Under the pieces are notes generated by a model that was not told the origin of the DNA, did not search any database, and saw only the letters and a program-made list of their open reading frames with translations. The position numbers and the translations under genes were made by a program. A stretch of DNA of 32,000 nt, taken from positions 600,001 through 632,000 of the forward strand of contig NZ_CP011042.1 in NCBI RefSeq assembly GCF_002310835.1. Direction: 5' to 3'. This DNA comes from Pseudoalteromonas tetraodonis (GTDB lineage Bacteria > Pseudomonadota > Gammaproteobacteria > Enterobacterales > Alteromonadaceae). This document shows, in pieces, positions 27,255-32,000 of the stretch (the stretch's first letter is position 1; each line of letters starts with the position of its first letter).

Positions 27255-28526
27255 ATGAAACTTGAGTCTTTAGCGTTGCACCATGGTTATGAATCTGAAG
27301 CCACCACAAAGTCGGCGGCGGTGCCGATTTATAACACCTCTTCGTACACCTTTGATAATACGCAGCATGGCGCTGATTTATTTGATTTAAAAGTGCCTGG
27401 TAATATTTATACCCGCATAATGAACCCAACCAATGCGGTGCTTGAGCAGCGTATTGCCGCGATGGAAGGCGGTATTGGTGCGCTGGCTGTGGCCTCGGGT
27501 ATGGCGGCGATTACCTATGCGATTCAATGTTTATGTGAAGTGGGTACTAATATTGTAAGCACCAGCCAAGTGTATGGTGGTACTTATAACTTATTTGCCC
27601 ACAGCTTGCCGCGCCAAGGTATAGAGGCGCGAATGATTAAAGCCGATGATTTTGACGGTTTTGAAAACGCCATTGATGAAAACACTCGTGCAGTTTTTTG
27701 CGAATCAATTGGTAACCCTGCTGGGAATATAGTTGATATCGCTCGCCTTGCGAAAATTGCCCACAGCAAAGGGGTGCCTTTAATTGTAGATAACACCGTG
27801 GCTACGCCGTATCTGTGTCGTCCATTTGAGTTAGGTGCCGATATTGTGGTGCACTCACTCACTAAATACATTAACGGCCATGGAACCGCTATTGGCGGCA
27901 TGATTGTTGATTCGGGCAAGTTTGACTGGAAAGCCAATGCAACCCGTTTTGCGATGATGAATGAGCCTGATCCGTCGTACCATAATGTAGTGTATACCGA
28001 TGCGTTTGCTGAAGCGGCATTTATTGGGCGTTGCCGCGTTGTACCACTTAGAAATACCGGTGCGGCGCTTGCGCCTAAAAACGCATCAGACATTTTAATT
28101 GGCCTTGAAACATTAGGGCTTAGAATGGATCGTCACTGTGAAAACGCGCAAAAAATTGCTGAATATTTAGAGAGCCATCCTAAGGTGCTTTGGGTTAATT
28201 ATGCGGGATTAAAATCAAGCCCGTATAACGAAATAAGCCAAAAAATTACCAATGGTAAAGCGTCAGGTATTTTAAGTTTTGGTATTGCGGGTGGCTTAGA
28301 GGCTGGTACGCGGTTTATTGATGCCCTTAACATGATTTTACGCTTGGTAAATATTGGCGATGCTAAATCGCTGGCTTGCCACCCAGCATCTACCACGCAT
28401 CGACAATTAAATGATGAAGAGCTGGCCAATGCTGGCGTTAGCCGCGATTTAATTCGTTTATCGGTGGGTATTGAAAACATTGACGATATTATTGCCGATG
28501 TAAGCCAAGCGCTCGATAAGGCCTAA
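27255..28526 (+). CDS. metY: O-acetylhomoserine sulfhydrylase / aminocarboxypropyltransferase
   Basis: LHHGYE...YNTSSYTF, YTRIMNPT, PLP-lysine motif HSLTKYINGHG, and the C-terminal LIRLSVGIE. AAGGA lies 7 nt before the ATG. Confidence 0.88.
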   Translation: MKLESLALHHGYESEATTKSAAVPIYNTSSYTFDNTQHGADLFDLKVPGNIYTRIMNPTNAVLEQRIAAMEGGIGALAVASGMAAITYAIQCLCEVGTNIVSTSQVYGGTYNLFAHSLPRQGIEARMIKADDFDGFENAIDENTRAVFCESIGNPAGNIVDIARLAKIAHSKGVPLIVDNTVATPYLCRPFELGADIVVHSLTKYINGHGTAIGGMIVDSGKFDWKANATRFAMMNEPDPSYHNVVYTDAFAEAAFIGRCRVVPLRNTGAALAPKNASDILIGLETLGLRMDRHCENAQKIAEYLESHPKVLWVNYAGLKSSPYNEISQKITNGKASGILSFGIAGGLEAGTRFIDALNMILRLVNIGDAKSLACHPASTTHRQLNDEELANAGVSRDLIRLSVGIENIDDIIADVSQALDKA

Positions 28527-28537
28527 ATCGTACAGTA

Positions 28538-28570
28538 AATACCTCAAACTTTTTTGAGGTATTTATTTTC
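28538..28570 (+). terminator. rho-independent terminator of metY
   Basis: aaatacctcaa-actttt-ttgaggtattt, an 11-bp stem followed by attttc. Confidence 0.7.
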
Positions 28571-28584
28571 GCAATTAAAAAGGA

Positions 28585-29253
28585 GTGCCGATACATGAAA
28601 TTTTAATTTTTCTCGGTTCGGTTAGAAAAAGTACCCCACCTAAGCCTGCGCGTTTAGGGGAGAGAGTAGCGAAAGCATGTGAGCGTTGTTTGCTTGAGCA
28701 TTACTCTGAGCATGAAATAGAGGTTATTGATCCGCTCGATTACGATTTTGACCCTGTGTTTAAACCGCACTTTGCTTATTCGCAGGCTGAGGTACCTAAA
28801 CAGCTTGATGACTTAGCGGCAAAAATTAAAGCCAGCGATGGCTTTGTTATGGTGAGCCCTGAATATAATCATTCGATGAGTCCGGCACTCGCTAATTTGC
28901 TAAACCACTTTGGTAGTTCTTTATTTGGCTATAAACCCAGCGCAATTGTTACCTATTCTGCAGGGCAGTGGGGCGGCGTGCGCGCTGCTGTTGGTATGCG
29001 CAGCTTTTTAAGTGAACTGGGCTGTTTGCCGGTATCAGCAATGATCCATGTACCAAAAGCGCAGGATGTGTTTATTGAAAGTGGTGACGCAAATAATGCG
29101 GCAGAGCAAACATCATGGGATAGCTATTTTTCGCGCACGTTTAACCAATTAATTTGGTGGGCAGAAGGTGCTAGCAAACAACGTGAAGCGTTAGACCCTA
29201 AGCGATTAAGTAAAGACTTTAAACGTGACCCATCACAACGTAATGCGCCTTAA
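28585..29253 (+). CDS. NADPH-dependent FMN reductase family protein
   Basis: ILIFLGSVRKS near the N-terminus and VMVSPEYNHSMSPALANLLNH, typical of the FMN_red family. The start is uncertain: the GTG at 28585 overlaps its own AGGAG (28581-28585). Confidence 0.75.
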   Translation: MPIHEILIFLGSVRKSTPPKPARLGERVAKACERCLLEHYSEHEIEVIDPLDYDFDPVFKPHFAYSQAEVPKQLDDLAAKIKASDGFVMVSPEYNHSMSPALANLLNHFGSSLFGYKPSAIVTYSAGQWGGVRAAVGMRSFLSELGCLPVSAMIHVPKAQDVFIESGDANNAAEQTSWDSYFSRTFNQLIWWAEGASKQREALDPKRLSKDFKRDPSQRNAP

Positions 29254-29269
29254 TGGTTATAAATTTAAG

Positions 29270-29458
29270 CTAGTCTTTTTTTGCATCTTCACGAGGGGAG
29301 GCCAATATAGCTTGCTTTTGCTCATCGGTTAAAATAATCCAGTCGAATATTTCGTCACTTGTGCGCCCGCACCCAGTACAGTAGCCATTCATTCTATAAC
29401 ATTCACCGATACAGTCTGTTTTTAAATGAGTGGATTGTTTACTGGGTGTTAGGCGCAT
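29270..29458 (-). CDS. DUF1289 (YdhL-like) small Cys-rich protein
   Basis: DCIGECYRMNGYCTGCGRTSDEIFDW matches the CxGxC...CxGCxRTxxEI pattern of DUF1289. Confidence 0.7.
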   Translation of the reverse strand: MRLTPSKQSTHLKTDCIGECYRMNGYCTGCGRTSDEIFDWIILTDEQKQAILASPREDAKKD

Positions 29459-29472
29459 ACATTCTCTCGTAA

Positions 29473-29988
29473 TTATTTAGTGGCGACGGGCTTTCCTACT
29501 TCTAACGAGGTAGACCAGGTTTTAATTTTTGATAAGGTTTTGCTGGTATAAACAGAAATAACCGGCGACCTATCATCAAGTACAAAGGTGGTGCGCAGAG
29601 AGGTTTCCGACTCTTTTTGTGTTTCTAACCAGTTGCTATTTTTTGTTAAACATTGGCGAGTGAGCTCAACGGCTTGTTTATGCATGGCAACGGCTTGTTG
29701 TTGGTCTTTGTAGTTTTCTTGACAGCGATAGGTCACGGTTTGATTGTTAAAGCTGGTTACTTGGCAGTTATTGCCAAATACGTTGTACTTTGCGCTCCAC
29801 ACATCTAAATAAGGTGTTTTTACTTTGGTGTCTTTTAACGCTTCAAAGCGATTGTCATAGGCGGCAATTAGCCCATCCATTTTTTCGCAGGGGGTTAGGT
29901 TATCTAGTTTAGCTTTTTGCTCAGTGGTTAAACTGCTACAGCCAGATAAAATTAGGCCAGTTAATACCAGCGATATATAGGTTTTCAT
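29473..29988 (-). CDS. lipoprotein of unknown function
   Basis: Signal sequence with lipobox LILSGCSS. Located 14 nt upstream of the DUF1289 gene on the same strand. Confidence 0.6.
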   Translation of the reverse strand: MKTYISLVLTGLILSGCSSLTTEQKAKLDNLTPCEKMDGLIAAYDNRFEALKDTKVKTPYLDVWSAKYNVFGNNCQVTSFNNQTVTYRCQENYKDQQQAVAMHKQAVELTRQCLTKNSNWLETQKESETSLRTTFVLDDRSPVISVYTSKTLSKIKTWSTSLEVGKPVATK

Positions 29989-30026
29989 AATGCGCTATCC
30001 TTTTGTAATAGCTATTCCTTGAACAT

Positions 30027-30294
30027 TAGGGTCTATTGACCTTTCAAGGTTGAATTTGCAGCAGTCTGTTTGGTATTTAGGCAAGGCAGAGCCTATGTAG
30101 TGTTGTTATTCCCCATAAATAGGTGCTAACGCAGCATCAATGCCAAACAGGCGCTGCCCTTCGGGTTCTGCCTAGGGGCGATTTACTCTTTGTTGCTCGG
30201 TTTTGACTTAGCCCACTAGGTTGCAAACCTCGCGCCGCGATTAAACCGCCCCTAGTTTGAACAAATTTTAATCCGCAAAGGTCAACAGACCCTA
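30027..30294. repeat. 268-bp MITE-like / highly structured non-coding element
   Basis: Terminal inverted repeats tagggtctAttgaccttt (30027-30044) and aaaggtcaaCagacccta (30277-30294) match at 17 of 18 positions. Nested inverted repeats are ctaggggcg (30172-30180) / cgcccctag (30247-30255) and aggcaga (30084-30090) / tctgcct (30167-30173). No ORF. Confidence 0.6.
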
Positions 30295-30374
30295 GTTAAA
30301 GAATACCTAAGGGAGGGAGTAAATGCTATTCGCAAGGTGTAATTTAAAGTGAATTTATGGTTTTAACATACTGA

Positions 30375-30395
30375 GTGCGCCACAAAATGGCGCAC
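30375..30395 (-). terminator. stem-loop downstream of hisIE
   Basis: gtgcgcca-caaaa-tggcgcac, an 8-bp stem 17 nt after the hisIE stop. No clear T-tract follows on the minus strand. Confidence 0.35.
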
Positions 30396-30411
30396 ACAGT
30401 AACAGGCGGTT

Positions 30412-31026
30412 TTACTTATGACGCCCTTGTAGGCAAGCAACTGCATCGGTGAGCTCTAAGCCTTGACGCTGTAGTAACACAATTAAGTGATACAACAAGT
30501 CAGCCGATTCGTTAGTAAGCTCATTGTTGTCGTGTTTCATTGCCGCAAGCGCCACTTCAACGCCTTCTTCACCTACTTTTTGGCAGCTGCGGCTTAAGTC
30601 TTCAGCAAATAAGGACGCGGTGTAGCTTTTAGCTGGATCGTCGTTTTTACGTGCAACAATCACATCTTCAAGTTGCGCTAAAAAGCTTAAGCTTGGTTTT
30701 GCAGCATCGCCAAAACAGCTTTGCGTGCCTAAATGGCACGTTGGCCCTTCTGGGTTTGCCAATACTAAAATTGAATCGTAGTCGCAATCTGTATGCACAG
30801 AGACCACGTTTAAGTAGTTTTCTGATGACTCGCCTTTGGTCCATAAACGCGATTTAGAACGCGAATAAAAAGTAACCTTATTACTTTCAAGCGTGACAGC
30901 AAGCGCTTCGCTATTCATAAAACCTTGCATTAAAATAACGCCAGAGCGTGCATCTTGAACAATCGCAGGGATCATCTCGCTTTTTGCGAAATCAACTTGA
31001 GTTAGGTTTTCTTGCGTTACTAGCAT
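30412..31026 (-). CDS. hisI: bifunctional phosphoribosyl-AMP cyclohydrolase / phosphoribosyl-ATP pyrophosphatase
   Basis: IPAIVQD...[19 protein letters not shown]...DCDYDSILV...GPTCH (HisI part), and [10 protein letters not shown]...[13 protein letters not shown] (HisE part). Its ATG overlaps the end of hisF. Confidence 0.9.
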   Translation of the reverse strand: MLVTQENLTQVDFAKSEMIPAIVQDARSGVILMQGFMNSEALAVTLESNKVTFYSRSKSRLWTKGESSENYLNVVSVHTDCDYDSILVLANPEGPTCHLGTQSCFGDAAKPSLSFLAQLEDVIVARKNDDPAKSYTASLFAEDLSRSCQKVGEEGVEVALAAMKHDNNELTNESADLLYHLIVLLQRQGLELTDAVACLQGRHK

Positions 31027-31796
31027 AATCTGGCTGCCACTTGGTTATCTATTAAAAATTGTTTTAGTTCGCCAATGTTAATCACGTTTTTATGAAAAAC
31101 GCTGGCTGCGAGTGCACCATCTACTTTGCTTTGTTTAAATACATCAACAAAATCTTGCATTGTGCCTGCACCCCCTGAGGCGATTAAAGGAATGTCGCAT
31201 AGCTCGCGTATTTTACTCAGCTGCTCATTGTCGTAACCGTTGCGAACACCATCTTGGTTCATACAATTTAAAACGATTTCGCCAGCACCTAAGTCTTGTA
31301 CCCGCTGAACCCACTCTTGAGTTTTATAACGAGTACGGCTTGAGGCATTAGGATCGCCTGTAAGCTGATACACTAAGTATTCACCGGTTTTTTCATCGTA
31401 AAAGCTATCAATACCGACAACCACACACTGCTTGCCAAACTCATCGTGTAACTCTTTTATAAGCTCAGGACGGGCAATGGCAGGGCTATTAATACTGATT
31501 TTGTCAGCGCCGCGTTCAAGTACGCGCGCTGCATCGGCTACCGATTTAATGCCACCCGCTACACAAAATGGAATGTCGATATGGCGGGCAATATTTTCTA
31601 CCCAATTTACATCGAGTAATCGTTTTTCAACGCTTGCACTGATCTCGTAAAATACCAGTTCGTCGGCACCGGCTTCACTGTAGGCTTTAGCAAGTGTTAA
31701 AACATCGCCGACTACCTCATGGCCCTTAAATTTAACGCCTTTAACGACTTGGCCGTCTTTTACGTCTAAACAAGGAATTATGCGTTTTGATAACAT
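31020..31796 (-). CDS. hisF: imidazole glycerol phosphate synthase cyclase subunit
   Basis: [37 protein letters not shown], and IASGGAG. GAGGT lies 6 nt before the ATG at 31796. Confidence 0.92.
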   Translation of the reverse strand: MLSKRIIPCLDVKDGQVVKGVKFKGHEVVGDVLTLAKAYSEAGADELVFYEISASVEKRLLDVNWVENIARHIDIPFCVAGGIKSVADAARVLERGADKISINSPAIARPELIKELHDEFGKQCVVVGIDSFYDEKTGEYLVYQLTGDPNASSRTRYKTQEWVQRVQDLGAGEIVLNCMNQDGVRNGYDNEQLSKIRELCDIPLIASGGAGTMQDFVDVFKQSKVDGALAASVFHKNVINIGELKQFLIDNQVAARLC

Positions 31797-32000
31797 GCGC
31801 TTACCTCGTTTTTAAAATTCTGGATTGTAATATGGTTATTATTACGTTTGTTATTGGTATAACTCATTAGAAGACACATAGACTGCACTTGATATGTTAT
31901 ATTTTTAATAAAAATGAATAGTTAATTTAATGAATGAATCTAAATGCATTACTATGCAATGAATTCTTGGCTCCACTATATAATAAAACTTGCGCTATGT

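Noticed and set aside
27584-28093. A 169-aa antisense ORF lies inside metY. Similar shadow ORFs are 28199-28480(-), 19158-19553(-), 21051-21482(-), 15546-15935(+), 9121-9348(+), 9836-10042(+), 10924-11112(+), 16634-16979(+), 780-986(+), 1759-1983(-), 2572-2790(-), 5882-6076(-), 20534-20740(+), 22833-23051(+), 24330-24515(-), 30651-30857(+), 31160-31351(+) and 31432-31650(+).
   Set aside because: All are fully embedded in, and out of frame with or antisense to, genes with strong homology-type motifs. Their translations are low-complexity (Ser/Ala/Leu/Cys-rich) and they lack ribosome-binding sites. These are typical shadow ORFs.
30027-30294. The structured element could be a known housekeeping RNA (6S, tmRNA, RNase P, 4.5S or CsrB-like).
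   Set aside because: It lacks the characteristic termini and motifs: no GGGGCUG...CCA tmRNA ends, no multiple GGA loops, and the wrong size and context for 6S or RNase P.

Overview
This is a 32-kb chromosomal window from an AT-rich gammaproteobacterium. Gene content and synteny look Alteromonadales/Pseudoalteromonas-like, but that is inference only.

**1-7.9 kb.** A 5'-truncated photolyase gene is followed by a tightly packed same-strand eight-gene cluster: NTF2-like, SDR, FAD amine-oxidase-like, DUF1365, CFA-synthase-like methyltransferase, DUF2878, chalcone-isomerase-like and DUF3833 lipoprotein. This is a lipid-modification / photo-oxidative-stress type of cluster. hupB follows it.

**7.9-22 kb.** This stretch is housekeeping. 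On the minus strand are ilvIH, an NAD-IDH-type icd, a 560-aa unknown protein translationally coupled to a DUF3192 gene, xni, ppnN and a GGEEF diguanylate cyclase. ilvIH is preceded by a Leu/Val-rich leader peptide and an intrinsic-terminator attenuator that I could read directly. Two secreted peptidases (M61, S46) lie on the plus strand.

**22.0-27.2 kb.** This is an accessory slot between the S46 peptidase gene and metY.
- Two direct copies of a composite repeat bracket an orphan response regulator and a divergent coiled-coil membrane protein. Each copy is a 170-bp tandem array, a conserved junction and a ~95-bp hairpin element.
- Next comes a three-gene minus-strand operon of unrecognisable membrane proteins: a TM/coiled-coil 283-aa protein, an 82-aa 2-TM miniprotein and a 100-aa zinc-ribbon 2-TM protein.
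- This operon and the repeat architecture are the best candidates for something undescribed.

**27.2-32 kb.** This part holds metY, an FMN reductase, a DUF1289 gene, a lipoprotein gene, a 268-bp MITE-like element with 18-bp terminal inverted repeats, and hisIE-hisF. At least 200 bp of AT-rich non-coding DNA lies where hisA would normally sit.

No tRNA, rRNA, CRISPR array, transposase or integrase gene was seen. All family calls come from motif recognition by eye, with no database search.
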